Source: Mobula hypostoma
Taxonomy: Eukaryota
Length of the DNA: 64,000 bases
Direction: 5' to 3'
NCBI RefSeq assembly: GCF_963921235.1
Contig: NC_086108.1
Location: 50,842,001 to 50,906,000, forward strand
Under the pieces are notes generated by a model. That model saw nothing but the letters and a program-made list of their open reading frames with translations, was not told where the DNA came from and made no database searches. Both the position numbers and the translations under genes were made by a program. Position 1 is the stretch's first letter. Every line of letters begins with the position of its first letter. Of the stretch, positions 26,641-40,105 are shown piece after piece.

Positions 26641-27229
26641 TCTGAAGTGTGAGCACCTTAAAAATTTTCTTCTGGAAATGATTCACATCCTTTGGATAGA
26701 TTTACCCTGGTTGCTGAAATCATATATTGTGTAAATCAATCTATTTGGCAGTCAGGAAGTCTTTGCTACATCAGAGGAACTGGTGGTTCCTTGATTTGGA
26801 TCATACAGGTATTATGAACAATCAAAGGTGACGTGATGTGTGTTTCAATAAAGCTTATTTAGGAATGTTAATTTTTCAGCTCCCGCTGGAATGCAGGCTC
26901 CACAATTGTTTGAAGTTCGAGCCAAGAAAACCAAAAAGTAGTAGAATCAGAGAGCATAAAAAAACTGTTAATAACATTTAATATATACGGAGGCCTTTTA
27001 TAACCACATAATTTTCCAAAGCAATTTACTGGCAATAAAGTATATTTGAGTATAACCAAAGTTTGTGCTATAGAAAATATTATCGAAATGGAAGTAAATT
27101 CAGCACTTTCTCCGTATTTCCACTGTTATGCTTGTTTGCTGTATATGGAAGTTCAGCAGCTGTTCCTCACGCACACTTAGTGTTTGGTCAATTGCTTTCC
27201 TATCAAATTCTCAGTCTGACCGATCTTTC

Positions 27230-27780
27230 ATTCAAGTCAAGTTTAATGTCATTTAACTATATAAATGTATACCATCAAAAAAGACAACATTTCTGCAGAC
27301 CAAGGGTGTAAAGCACACAGCACACATATAACACACAATAACTTATGAAAGTAAGGATAAAACATACAAATGAATTACAATAAATAAAGTAAAATGCATA
27401 AATTAAGTATTGTCAGATACAGAACAAGTTAACCGGTGACACTTCGAATGTGATACGGCCGGGAGCTGAGGCCTGATGGCCTGGGGGAAGAAACTGTTTC
27501 CAATCCTGACCGTTCTTGTTCTTAAGCATCAGAGTCTCCTACCTCATGGTCGAAAGTCAAGAGGATGCTGGTTGAATGGGTGGGATCTTTGATTATACTC
27601 AGGGCCTTGTGTCCGCAGCACTCCTGATATATTGTCTCCGATAGATGGTAGAGAGACCCCTATGATCCTCTCAGCTGTTCTCACAGTCCTTTGTAGGGAC
27701 TTTGCTCGGCTGCTCCCGTACCAGACAGAGATGCAGCTAGTCAGGATGCTCTCAATGGTGCTCCCGTAAAACACAATTAA
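27230..27780 (-). mobile_element. Rex1/Babar LINE 3' fragment
   Basis: FYGSTIESILTSCISVWYG...LQRTVRTAERIIG in ORF 27544-27870. Confidence 0.85.
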
Positions 27781-28751
27781 GGTGGGGATGTGGGGGGGGG
27801 GGCACAGTAGTGGGGGAGAAATTAATTCCCGGGGAATTAAGGGATGTTGTGAAAATTTAAGCAGTTCCACAGGTGTAGTCCTGAAAGTCTGCGAAACGTG
27901 TTAGGATGAATTTTCCTAAACTAACACCTCCCACCCCATTATTTTCCACCATCTTCCCAGTGCACAAGTAATGTTTAAAATGATGATCCATGTTTCCATT
28001 GGGAAGCAGCATTGCAGAATGTTAGCCACTTCATTCCGAAGAGATTAACTTCCCAGTAAATCATATTTGAGTTTCCTCTGAAACTTAACATAATTTACGT
28101 CTGGTTGTGGGCAGGGCTGCTCCGGTTCTTGAGAAAAGGGTTCAATATATTGACTAATGTTACACTCCCAACCAAACACCTATATTTTTCTGAGATGAGA
28201 CATGATATGAGGAGTGGGAAGGTGCGTTTGCATTAGAACATGAAGTAATTGTGGCTGTGAGCATACTGTGTACGCTCCATCATAATCAGTGAACCCTGGG
28301 CTCACCGGATTGTCAAACGGTGAGGTTGTGTGTTTGGAACATTCAGGTGAAGCCATAATGTGCCTCCTAATCAGCAATGCACACACACTAAATAGCTGCA
28401 CTGATAATCCAGTATGAATCGAAAGCAGATTTATCCTAATATAATTCCATGTGGATATAAAGTATATCAAGTAGAAAGAGGCAACAATATCATTATTCCT
28501 TATTTGATTTTGTCTGAGCATGTGTGTATTAATTTGATGTATGAGGCAAAGACTAAATAAAATGAAGATTGATAACTCTGCATACACTAATGCAAATACC
28601 TTCAATGTAGCAATGACACAGACCTGCGCTCCCCATCTGACATGAGATGTGAAATCCATACATTCCTGGACGTACATCAGTCGATTGCCCATTGTATTGC
28701 CCATGAATAACTGGAAAACACGGTCTTTTTTATTAAAACAATACATTCTTC

Positions 28752-28915
28752 AAAGGCTGGAAATCCAGAGCAACACACAGAAAATGCTGGAGGAACTCTG
28801 CAGGTCAGGCAGCAACTATGGAGAGGAATAAGCAGTGGACGTTTTGGGGCAAGACCTTTCTTCAGGACTCGAAGGAAGGGGTAAGAAGCCAGAAGAAGGG
28901 GGAAAAGCTGGAAGT
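28752..28915 (-). mobile_element. Penelope-like terminal fragment with a decayed hammerhead
   Basis: Minus strand gtcCTGAAGAaaggtcttgccccAAAAcgtccac. Confidence 0.8.
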
Positions 28916-29244
28916 AGTCTTTTTCTTACTTCTCTATGTCTTCATGTTATTTCTCTATAATGTGTCACATTCTTCTTCTGCCTCTCCTCACTTTCTTTTT
29001 GATTCTAGTTCCTTTATTTGTCGTCACAAGAACAGAGGAAAACAGGAGCAGGATTCAGCCTGCTGATCCCTCAAGCCAACTGGCCATTCAGTATGAACTT
29101 GGCTGATTTACTCCAGGCCTTAACTCTTCCTTTATGTCAGTTTTGTCATTGCCCTCAGTTTCCTGTTTCAAATGGAGTTAAATTTGGCAGAAGGAATAAA
29201 GTACGGCATAGAAACATACAGAAGTACAAAACCGAAACAGGCCT

Positions 29245-30008
29245 TTCAGACGGTAGCAAGAGGGCGTACAGGAGAGAGATATATCAGCTGGTTGAGTGGT
29301 GTCACAGCAACAAAGTTTTACTCAACATCAGTATGACCAAAAAACTGATTGTGAACTCCAGAAAGGGTAAGATGAGGGAATACACACCAGAGGGATCAGA
29401 AGTGGAAAGGGTGAGCAGTTTCACGCTGCTGGGTGTCATCACCTCTGAGGAGGTCTCCTGGGCCCAGCATATCGATGCAGTTACAAAGGAGGCAGACCAG
29501 TGGCTATACTTCATTAGGAGTTTGAGGAGATTCGTATGTCATCAAAGACACTTGCTAATTTCTACAGATGTACCATGGAGGGCATTCTAACTGGAAGCAT
29601 CACCATCTAATATGGGGGAGCTATTGCATTAGATCAAAATAAGCTGCAGAAAGTGACAAACATCAGTCAGCTCCATCATGGGCTCTAGCCTCCCCAGCAT
29701 CCAGGAGCGATACCTCAAAAAGTCAGCATCCATCATTAAGGACCCCCATCACCTCGAGCATGCCCTCTTCTCGTTGTTTCCATCAGGGAGGAGGTGACAC
29801 ACACTCGGTGATTCCAGAACAGCTTCTACTCCTCTGCCATCAGATTGATGAATGGACTGAATCCATATGAATGCTGCTTCACTATGTCTATTTATATATA
29901 CACTTCCTGTAATTCAGTTTTTATTACTATCTATTGCAATGTACTGCTACCACAAAACAACACATTTCACGATATACACCAATGATATTAAACCTGATTC
30001 TGAATCTG
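29245..30008 (+). mobile_element. Rex1/Babar LINE RT 3' part
   Basis: AYRREIYQLVEWCHSNKVLLNISMTKKLIV; ends attaaacctgattctgaatctg. Confidence 0.88.
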
Positions 30009-30391
30009 AAATTTTTATTTATCATAACTATTCTGAGATCTCAAACTATGTGACCCAATTGATCAGCAGCCCCTAGCGGACAGACACAAGTTCCTATGCA
30101 ACAGGATCAGTGACAGTCGAGTACCATTGTGAATGAACCAAAGATATTTGTCAGGCATTTGCGCAGATATGAGTAATCAAATCAAACATCATAGTACCAC
30201 ACTGTACCACCTGTTGTTTATCCAAAGGAATCACGATACTAAAATTAATCACTTCCTATGATATGTCAAATTCCTGTTGCAACATCAATGAACCTTGTTG
30301 CAAAAGAAGCAGCGATAAAAAAAATCATTTACGTTCATGATGACAGTCAGAGAAAATTTAGTGGGAGTACTTAGGGGTTATTTCTGGTTCT

Positions 30392-30600
30392 CATAGAAAC
30401 ATAGAAAACCTACAACACCATACAGGCCCTTCAGCCCACAAAGCTGTGCTGAACATGTCCTTACCTTAGGACTACCTAGGCTTTACCCATAGCCCTCTAT
30501 TTTTCTAAGCTCCATGTACCCATCCAGGAGTCTCTTAAAAGACCCTATCGTTTCCGCCTCCACCACCGCCACTGGCAGCCCTTTCCATGCCGGCAGCCCA
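30392..30600 (-). mobile_element. CR1 3' tail
   Basis: AVVEAETIGSFKRLLDGYMELRKIEGYG; same family as 56612-56968. Confidence 0.88.
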
Positions 30601-31059
30601 TTCTCTTTCATCTTTTCATTCAAACGAGACCAGAAATATAATGGGCAACATAATTGCACATGGCACATTTGAACGGAGACGTAACGTAAAGATTTTTACT
30701 CCTCGTGCATATGCAGGATGTAAGTGATAAAGTCAGTTCAGTTAGTGTGTCGGATCCACCTGCCTCATTCAAGCTGTTTATATCATAATAGAAAATAAAC
30801 TGCTTGACAAAACATAATTTAATCAAAAAAAAAACTACTCTCCAGATCTCATGTAGTAACAAGTCCTTGGTCTAGAAGTTACATCATATAGTGCAATGAT
30901 TATGTGCAGTAATTTTGTAATAGAATTTCAACTTAAAACCCAAACACTAAATATATTCAACCTTCGTCATCTCCAGTATTAAGGTTTAATTTTCTGATCC
31001 TCCTCCATTTTGGACCTACTCTGTATGATTCCCCCCTCGCAGGACTTCTGCAGATTATC

Positions 31060-31800
31060 TAGAATCAGAGTTAAAATCAGGTTGATTATCACTGACATAT
31101 GATGTGAAGTATGTTGTTTCGAGGCTGTAGTACAATGAAAGAGATAAAAATTACTATAAATTGTGAAAGCAAATAAATAGTGCGACTGAGGAGTAATGAA
31201 ATTGCATTCATGGATTCATGACCATTCACATGTTCCTAACATGCAGAGTGTGGGTCTTCAGGCTCCAGTACCTCCTCTTCAATGGTAGTAATGAGAAAAG
31301 GGGCCCGTGATTGTGTGGCTAGGCACAGCTCAAACGCCAGCTGCAAATTCACCGATAACACCACTGCTGTGAGCAGAACCTCAGATTGTGTTGAAGAGGT
31401 GGACAGGAGTGAGATAGATTGGCTGGTTGAGGGGTGCTGCAATAACTTCACACTCAATGTCAGCAAAACTGAGAAGTTAATTGTGGACCTGAGGAAGGGG
31501 AAATCAGGAGAACACATCCCAAACAACAGGAATTCTGCAGATGCTGGAAATTCAAGCAACACACATCAAAGTTGCTGGTGAACGCAGCAGGCCAGGCAGC
31601 ATCTGTAGGAAGAGGTGCAGTCGACGTTTCAGGCCGAGACACACACCCCAGTTCTCATTGAGGGTCAGAGGTGGAAAGGGTGACCGGCTTCAAGTTCTTG
31701 GGTATCAGCATTTCAGAGGATCTGTCTTGGGCCCAGCCTTAATATGACCATGACAAAGACCTGACACTGCCTCTAATTCATTAGGAGTTTGAGAAAAATT
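31060..31800. mobile_element. Rex1/Babar pieces: minus-strand tail 31060-31300 and plus-strand RT 31300-31800, with a Penelope terminal insert at 31521-31640
   Basis: [26 protein letters not shown]; the insert is flanked by an ACACA(T/C)CCC duplication. Confidence 0.75.
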
Positions 31801-32303
31801 GCTATGTCCTGCTGATGACGCAGGGTACTTGTGCTGTATGGCCTACATAATTAATTTAGGGAGACTTAAAAAGAGCAGATCTCAGCCCAGTTCTCACAGC
31901 AGCCCTACACGTAGGAGCTGTTCATTTTACAAACATGCCCTTTCCTGCAACTCTTTTTGGCCTTGCAGTCCTTTCTGTGTCCATGCTCCCCTTTGCAACA
32001 GCTTAGTATTAACCAATCCCTCCAATCATTAGACATGAAGCAACAAGACATAGGAGCGGAGTTTTGCCATTCAGCCCAGCAAGCAATCATGGCTGATTTA
32101 TTCCATCCCCTGACTTCTCCCCGTAACTTTTAACGCCCTTACTATTCAAGAATTTATCGACCTCCACTTTAAATATACCCGTTTCCCTAACCACCCCGAT
32201 CAATTGTAATCAAACCTCTCCTCACTGGCATCTAATTGTGATTCTCCAATCAATGTCCTGACTCAACTTCATAATCTCACTCTCTCCCTTGCACACACGT
32301 TTA

Positions 32304-32998
32304 TTAGATTAGATTAGATTATGAGAACACTCAGTCCTCTTTTATTGTCATTTAGAAATGCATACATGCATTAAGAAATGATACAATGTTTCTCTGGAGT
32401 GATATCACAGAAAACAGGACAGACCAAAGACTAACACTGACAGAACCACATAATTATAACATATAGTTACAGCAGTGCAAAGCAATACCATAATTTGATG
32501 AAGAACAAACCATGGGCACGGTAAATAAAGTCTCAAAAGTCCCCAAGTCGATCGACTCCCGAGTCCCTGATAGCAGCGGCAAAAGGGAGAAACTCCCTAC
32601 CATAAACCTCCAGGCACCGTCAACTTGCTGATGCCTTGGAAGCAGCCGACCACAGCCAACATTGAGTCCATCCGTCTGAAAACTTAGAGCTTCCAACCAG
32701 CCTCTCCTATACAGCCTGCCGAGCGCCATCCTCTGCTGAGCATCTTCTACCCCGCCCCGGCCGCTGAAACACGCAAAGCCGAGGATTTTGGGGCCTTCTG
32801 CTCCAGAAATTCCGGTTACCACACAGTAGCAGCGGCAGCGAAGCGGGCATTTCAGAAGTTTTCCAGATGTTCCTCCGTACTCTCACGTCCATCTGCATCA
32901 AATCAGAATTGTGCACGGTCCCCTACTTGACAGATAACAGATATTCATCACCGGAGAGGCCGCGCGCGCTGCCGTCGCGCCACCATCACACCGCCATC
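32304..32998 (-). mobile_element. Non-autonomous ~0.7-kb retroelement, copy B
   Basis: Paralog of 14132-14864; (attag)n tail on the plus strand at 32304-32320; CpG-rich 5' end. Confidence 0.85.
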
Positions 32999-33240
32999 CT
33001 CTCCAGCCTACACCATTTCTCCACCACAACCCTCCTCCTGCAGCTTATAACTATGAGGAATGCCTACCCCTTCCTTGAATAATGAAGTTCAGGCTTCTGA
33101 AATCTCTTTTGCTGCCCTACTTGGGCAAGACATACAAAATGCTGAAGGAACCCAGGACACCAGGCAGTATCTATGTAGGGGAATGAACAGTGGATGTCTT
33201 GAGCTGAGATCTGTCATCAGAACTGAAACATTGACTCACA

Positions 33241-33550
33241 TGGCAGTGTAGTGATTGGTTCAACGCTTTATGGCGCCATCCGTAAAATTGGGGCTCATTT
33301 CCTGCCATTCTCCGTAAGGAGCTTGTATGTTCTCCCTGTGACTGCATAGATTTTCTCTGGGTGCTTCAGTTTCCTCCAGCATTCCAAAGACGTATGGTTA
33401 GGGTTAGTGAGTTGTGGGCATGTTATGTTGGCACTAGAAACATGGTGACCCTTGAGAGCTGCCCAGCATAACTCTTGCTGATTTGCTTTGACGCAAAATG
33501 ACGCATCTCACTGTGAGCTACAATGTCCATGTGACAAATAAAGCTAATTT
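33241..33550 (+). mobile_element. V-SINE (tRNA head, V domain, LINE-like tail)
   Basis: gtaaggagcttgtatgttctccctgtgactgcatag...gggtgcttcagtttcctccagcattccaaagac. Confidence 0.8.
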
Positions 33551-36228
33551 GAAGATTTCTAGCATGCTCTTTTCTCTGTTTTGCTCCGCTACTTACCCTG
33601 AAAAACCACCTCTGTCCTAATGTCTCCCTCTGTACCTTAGTACTGTTACTTTTAAAATAATATACTGTAAAATTCTTTTTACCCCTTACAGCATTAGAAG
33701 TGTAGTTTGCTGCTGCCTTCGCAGGGATTTGTGAACTAAGGAACAGTCGAAGTTTGTTTTTTAACTGATGACTTCTGACATCTACTGGTGCATCACTGAA
33801 TAGCAAACCAATAAGCTCTTCAATGCTGTGTAAAGTACTGAACCAACTTTCAAATACAAATGGTGGTTATTTAAATATACACTGCAGAAGGAGGCTGCTT
33901 TGCCTATCGTGTTCATGTTGGCGAAGTTCAGGCCAACTTGACCATCCAGTTTCCAACATGCAGCCTTAAAGATTATTGCACGTCAAATACTCATCCCAGA
34001 AACAAATGCAACAATATTTTTTAGACTTTCAGTTCCATGAAAAATAAATCGATTAGTTGCCATGAAACACTGGGAAAAATTCCTTTCGGAGCTTTGTAGC
34101 GAGGAGAATCTAATTATTTTCCCTTAACTGCTCTAAGCAACTCTGTGGGGGCGCCACAGTGAACAGAGCACAATAACTATAATCCTGGAAGCATTGCTTG
34201 TTGTGATTTTGTTGCCTCAACTATCTCATCAGTGCAAACCATCAGGACACAGGTTAAACCTGAAGTGTTTCTGTGCTATAGATCCTTGCCCTCCAGGGAA
34301 AAAACATTAAAACACAGCTCAGCTGCCTGCTTTGGTGGTGTCTAGACTTCGCCCCATTCTCTGATGAAATGCCAACACTAGGAAATTCAGTTCAAGTGTT
34401 GAGGAGTGGCAGTTAGTGCTACTACTACACAGTTCTAATAACTTGGCAACAATCACGACCTACCTGAGGTTCTGTACGTGTAAAGTTTGTAGGTTCTCCC
34501 TGTAATTAAGTGCGTTTCTCCAGATTCTCCCACATTCCAAGATGTGCTGGTAGGTTAAATTGCCCCCAGTGAAGGCATCAAAAAAATGTTGATAGGCTTG
34601 TTGGATTACAGGAAAAGAGCCATTATAGGTTTAATGGACCATGTCACCTCCTATGTTGGAAGAAAATATGAAAATTTTGTCAATGAAAAATACATCATAA
34701 TCTGGAGACATTATTTCTACATCACAGTTAGAGTGTTGGTCACCATTCAGGATGTCCGTCCATCTGAGTTTCAGCCAGCTGACCAAGTTACACACAAAAG
34801 ATAGTCAAATCCAATATTTATATTTAAAATGCAAGTAAGGTTATCCTGTAAATGTGAGCTGATTTTCATTAGCTTTAGCAAGTGTCTGTCAGTCTGTTAA
34901 GCTATGAAGTAGGATGGAACCTATTCTTCAGCATAAAGCATAGTTTTAAAACACTAATTAGGTGAGTTTCAATATATTTCCTTTCCCATAAATGCTATTA
35001 GCTGAAATATAGACATAATTTTTGACATCATCCCCAACATGAACATGAATCTGAATATTTCTAGCATTTTCCGGTTTTTATTTTGAAATTCTAGCCTTTT
35101 CGGAATTTGTGGGGAGAAAACTGGATAGCCAAAAAGGAACAAAGATTGCTGAATCATATTGGATCACATGGCTAAAGAATTAAGAACCCCTTTGTATAAC
35201 AATAATGGTGTGAATCTTTCATTGACATCTACAGGAATCAATAGAAATGAATGGATATCCTGTTTAGTTACAAATGACGTTTATAATTTAGTCAAAAGGA
35301 AGTTCATTGGGACACACCTATTCAGAATACTGTTCCATGTTAAGACACAATTAGTGTTAATGTAAGGAGTGTAAGAAGTTATTCCCTTGTTTTCAATAAT
35401 TTTCTTGTAGTTCCAGGAATTGTTTGTAGGAAAATTACATTCATAGAACATCATTTTCATAAGGAAAGATTGATATTTATTATGCTTTCGGATCAGGAAG
35501 TCTGGAGTGTTATGAATCTTGACTCTGCATTCCGGTAGAACAATGGAATTCTAAATAGTAGCAGCAGTTCATGTAACCATTAGATCTCTTTTGGCAGACA
35601 CAGAAACTGAAGGTGCTGAAATCTGGAGGGGAAAAAAAACACACTGTTTGAGAAACTCAGATGAAAGTTATCAACCCAAAATGTTGATTATCCATGTCCC
35701 TCTCGACCTGCTGAGTTCCTTCAGCAGTTAGTTTTTCCTTTCTCCCCCAATCTATTTTGGCAAGTGGTTGCACTTTTACCTAGGAAGTAAATGGTGGCCA
35801 ACTAATTTTTTTTCTCTTGTTTTCAAAAGAAATAAGATATTTGGCAGAATTTTAAATGAAATGGAACCAGTATATTATGTGGTAATTTAGCAATTTCAAG
35901 TTTATAACAAAATTGTAAGTGCTTGGAAATGTATTTCTAGTCTGTAGTTTTTAATGCTGTATAGCCAGAGTGATTAGACGTGTCCTAAAACAATCTCGAG
36001 TGTCTCATGCAAGCCTCTGCCCATATCCCATTGAAGCTATTAACCTAATTTATTCACAGGTGCCATCCAGTTATTTATAGAGACCAGAGGATTATGAAGG
36101 TTTGTATAACTCAAGAAGGAATTATGTTCAATGTAATCATAAGGAAATGAATAGTACAGAAAGTGGGGCAGGGCAGGACAGGGATAATTTAACAGAGAAT
36201 AGAGCTACAGCCCAGCAGGAAGTGAGCG

Positions 36229-36229
36229 G

Positions 36230-36286
<57 letters not shown>

Positions 36287-36294
36287 TGCACACA
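36229..36294. repeat. (GT)n microsatellite
   Basis: Long uninterrupted GT run directly visible. Confidence 0.98.
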
Positions 36295-37122
36295 CTGAAT
36301 TGCTGTATCACAAAGGATGGGGTTGCAGCTCTGAATGATTACAGGTGAGAGATCTGGCAGACACCACTGTCTCCACCCCAAACAGAGGAAGTTAAGACCT
36401 GCTACAGCATCTTGTCCTTTCACCAAAGCAGAACAAAGATTTTACCTGTCCCTCTTGCTCCAGGGTGCACGGACTGGAGTGGAGCAGAAACCAGGAAGGG
36501 AAGAGCTGCCCATCTCCAATCCCCACTATTCTGCTGCTGGCTTTCTGCCCTGTTTCACTCACCTTGTCCTTCGCCTTCACTCTTCACTTCTATTCCTCTA
36601 TTCTTCACTGCCAAATAGCCCGCCCCCCAACCTCTCCTTGATACTATGCTCTACCTGGACGATTACCTCCCACCACCACACTTCCCCTCAACTCAGCTAT
36701 GTGCTGACACTAACTTCGGCTCCATATTACCTCCAGTCCATTGTTTTCCTCACAGCTAGCCTGTGAACTAAGTTTCTTTCTCTACAAATGCTGCCTAACC
36801 TGCTGAGTATTTCCTGTATTTTACTGGACTTACTCTTGTGTACAGGAAGTAACATAAAATAAACAAATTGAATTGTGCGTAATTTTAGCATTCTTATGAT
36901 GCTACAAAATAGAGTAAATCTTCCACTTTTTACACAGTGATGACAATTTTACAAGTATAATTTTATCGATAGACAATATAAGTTAAGCTAAGCATGCCTT
37001 TCTCTGTTCCTTGCTTCCAGTCAACATCTGCAGCCTCCAACATCATCCCTTGTGCATCCTGCACCCCCTCCAGTGGCCAGAAAGAGAACTGGCTGAATAT
37101 TTGGATGTTTCGTCACTGTAAG

Positions 37123-38290
37123 TCAGAATCAGAATCAGAATTATTATCACCAGCCTGTGCTGTGAAATTTGTTAACATAGCAGCAGCAGTTCAATACAAT
37201 ATATAATATAGAAGAAAAAAAACAAAGTAAAATAATAATAATAAGTAAATCAATTACAGTATACGTATATTGAATAGATTAAAATCGTGCAGAAAACAGA
37301 AATAATATATATAAAAAAGGTGAGGTCGTGTCCTAGGGTTCAATGTCCACTTAGGAATTCGATGGCAGAGGGGAAGAAGCTGTTCCTGAATCGCTGAGTG
37401 TGTGCCTTCAGGCTTCTGTACCTCCTACCTGATGGTACCAGTGAGGAAAGGGCATGCCCTGGGTGCTGGAGGTCCTTAATAATGGACGCTGCCTTTCTGA
37501 GACACCGCTCCCTAAAGATGTCCTGGGTACTTTGTGGGCTAGTACCCAAGATGGAGCTGACTAGATTTACAACCTTCTGCAGCTTCTTTCGGTCCTGTGC
37601 AGCAGCCCCTCCATACTAGACAGTGATGCAGCCTGGCAGAATGCTCTCCACGGTACAACTATAGAAGTTTTTGAGTGTATTTGTTGACATAATAAAATCT
37701 TTTCAGACTCCTTATGAAGTATAGCAGCTGTCTTGCCTTCTTTCTAACTGTATCGATATGTTAGAACCAGGTTAGATCCTCAGAGATCTTAACATCCAGG
37801 AACTTCAAACTGCTCACTCTCTCCACTTCTGATCCCTCTACGAGATTGGTATGTGTTCCTTCATCTTACCCTTCCTGAAGTCCACAATCAGCTCTTTCGT
37901 CTGACGTTGAGTGCCAGGTTGTTGATGTGACACCACTCCACTAGTTGGCATACCTCACTCCTGTATGCCCTCTCGTCACCATCGGAGATTCTACCAGCAA
38001 TGGTTTTATCATCAGCAAATTTATAGATGGTATTTGAGCTGTGCCTAGCCACACAGTCATGTGGATATAGAGAGTAGAGCAGTGGGCTAAGCACACACCC
38101 TTGAGGTGCACCCGTGGTGATCATCAGCGAGGAGGAGAAGTTATCACCAATCTGCACAGATTGTGGTCTTCCAGCTAGGAAGTCAAGGATCCAATTGCAG
38201 AGGCCCAGGTTCTGCAACTCCTCGATCAGGATTGTGGGAGTGATGGTATTAAATCCTGAGAATAGTCAATGAACAGCATCCTGACATCAT
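37123..38290 (-). mobile_element. Rex1/Babar LINE RT and 3' end
   Basis: LCNWILDFL...[34 protein letters not shown]; (cagaat)n tail at 37123-37140. Confidence 0.93.
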
Positions 38291-38629
38291 GGTAAACTTC
38301 AGTTAAATATATCTTTGGGCTAGGATAGTGCTGAGATGTTATAAATTTATAATGCTTCTTTTAATCTTCTCTCTATAGGTTTAGAGTATTTCATGCAGGG
38401 AAAAAAAGTTCCTTGAAGCATTTACACACACAAAATGCTGGAGGAACTCGGCAGATCAGGCAGCATCTATAAAGAGGAATAAAGAGTTGATGTTTCAGAC
38501 CAAGACCTTTCACTGAACACAGGGTTGCATAAAATTCAAAGTTAAATCAAATTTGTGTACTCTTATAAGTACTACAAAAAGTTTCACATAATGTCTTAAA
38601 ATGGTTTATTTTAAAGTTTGGGAAAGCAC

Positions 38630-38950
38630 AATAGATATATAGAACAGTATAGGCCTTTCGGCCTACAGTGTTGTGCCAACCAATATAACCCTACACCGTG
38701 ATCAATCTATCACCTTCCCTCCTACACAGCCCATAACCCTCCATTTTTCTTACACCCATTTGCCTATCTAAGAGTCTTTTAAGTGTCCTTATTGTACAAC
38801 AGTTCCCGGCAGTGCATTCCAGGCAGCCATCACTCTCTGTGTAAAATAAAATTTGCTACCACTGATATCTCCCCTAAACGTTCCTCCACTCACAATGCAT
38901 ATCCTCTTGTATTGGTCATTGCCACCCTGGAAAAAGGGTGCTGGCCCTCA
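38630..38950 (-). mobile_element. CR1 3' fragment
   Basis: CR1 tail (agaacagtataggcctttcggcctacagtgttgtgcc) and antisense C-terminal coding remnant. Confidence 0.75.
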
Positions 38951-39645
38951 CATAGACACGCTGACCCTCCACTCCTCACTGCACATACACGACTCCTCTG
39001 AGGAGTGCAGATAACAGACAATCTTGCTGGTCCTTGAACACCGCCTCTTTGGTCAAGAAATCACAGCAGCATCTCCACTTCCTGAGGAGCTTGAGGTAAG
39101 CGAGGCTCCCATTCCCCCCCACAACCACAATTTTTTCCAATTTTTACAGAACACCATCAGGAGGGTCCTAACCAGCTGCAGCACCTCTGGTACGAGAATT
39201 GCAAGCCATCTGACTGCATGTCCTTACAAAGGATTGTGAGGACTGCTGAGAGGATCATTGGGGTCTCTCTTCCATCCAGTAGCATTGTCAATAATGCCTT
39301 CTATCTTTCTGACCCCTACCATCAGGTAGGCAGCACCATAACATTAGGACGAGAACTGTTAGGATGGGAAACAACTTCTACCCCCAGGCGATAAGTCTAT
39401 GGAACTCCCTGCCACCATGCAGGAGTCTCATCAGGCAGATTAATCACATCTGAAGCACCAGTAGCTTCTACTGTTTACTTTTTAAACCTGTATCATATAC
39501 ACAGCTTATTATTTAATTTATTTGTGGTCATGTGGGTGAGTTATACGTATTGTGTTGTGTACCATGGTCCGGAGTAATGTTGTTTATTTTGGCTGTATAC
39601 ACGTGTATAGTTGAATGGCAATAAACTAAATTGGAACTTGAACTT
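38950..39645 (+). mobile_element. Rex1/Babar-like 3' fragment
   Basis: FYR.TI..VLTSC-like remnant; aataaac...gaacttgaact tail. Confidence 0.75.
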
Positions 39646-39830
39646 AATATCCACGATTCCCCAAATGCTCATAAATCCTGTCCGTAAGAATCCTCTCGAG
39701 TAGTTTGCACACCACTGACGTAAAACTCACTGCCTGATAATTCCCCGGATTAACCCTATGACCCTTCTTGAACAATGGAACAACTCTTGCCATCCTCCAA
39801 TCTTCTGGCACCACTTTGTAAAGTATCAGA
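39646..39830 (-). mobile_element. CR1 RT fragment
   Basis: VPEDWRMARVVPLFKKG..NPGNYQAVSFTSVVCKLLE. Confidence 0.85.
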
Positions 39831-39971
39831 GATGCTAAGAGACAGTACAAATCCAAGGTCAACTCTTAGTGCAGCCATCAGCTGTGGCCGGGATTATACC
39901 TTATAATGGGTTATAAAATAAAGGCAGACAGCATCGCAGACGACAGCTTGACCCTTCCCAATGAACTCGCA

Positions 39972-40010
39972 CATTCCTGACGAAGGGGTCTTGGCCTGAA
40001 ACGTCGACTG
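39972..40010 (+). ncRNA. Minimal type-I hammerhead ribozyme motif (Penelope-associated)
   Basis: cauuc-CUGACGA-aggggucuuggccu-GAAA-cg-UC-gacug: both catalytic boxes intact, stem II possible, minimal ACGU stem III, stem I 4 of 5 pairs. Confidence 0.75.
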
Positions 40011-40105
40011 TACCTCTTCCTAGAGATGCTGCCTGGCCTACTGCGTTCACCAGCAACTTTGATGTGTATTGCTTGAATTTCCAGCATCTGCAGAATTCCT
40101 CGTGT
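39977..40105 (+). mobile_element. 129-bp Penelope terminal insertion with TCGCACATTC TSD
   Basis: TSD at 39967-39976 and 40106-40115; same young family as 31521-31640. Confidence 0.88.

Noticed and set aside
28180..28746. 188-aa minus-strand ORF as a gene
   Set aside because: No recognisable domain and intron-like AT-rich composition; only sub-segments kept as weak exon candidates.
30063..30082. CTCF-like site (minus strand gtccgctaggggctgctg)
   Set aside because: One base short of the core consensus and no supporting evidence.
33423..33806. 127-aa minus-strand ORF
   Set aside because: Runs into a V-SINE antisense and has no recognisable homology.
36102..36426. ORFs with CVCVCV and HTHTHT repeats
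   Set aside because: Translation artefacts of the (GT)n microsatellite.
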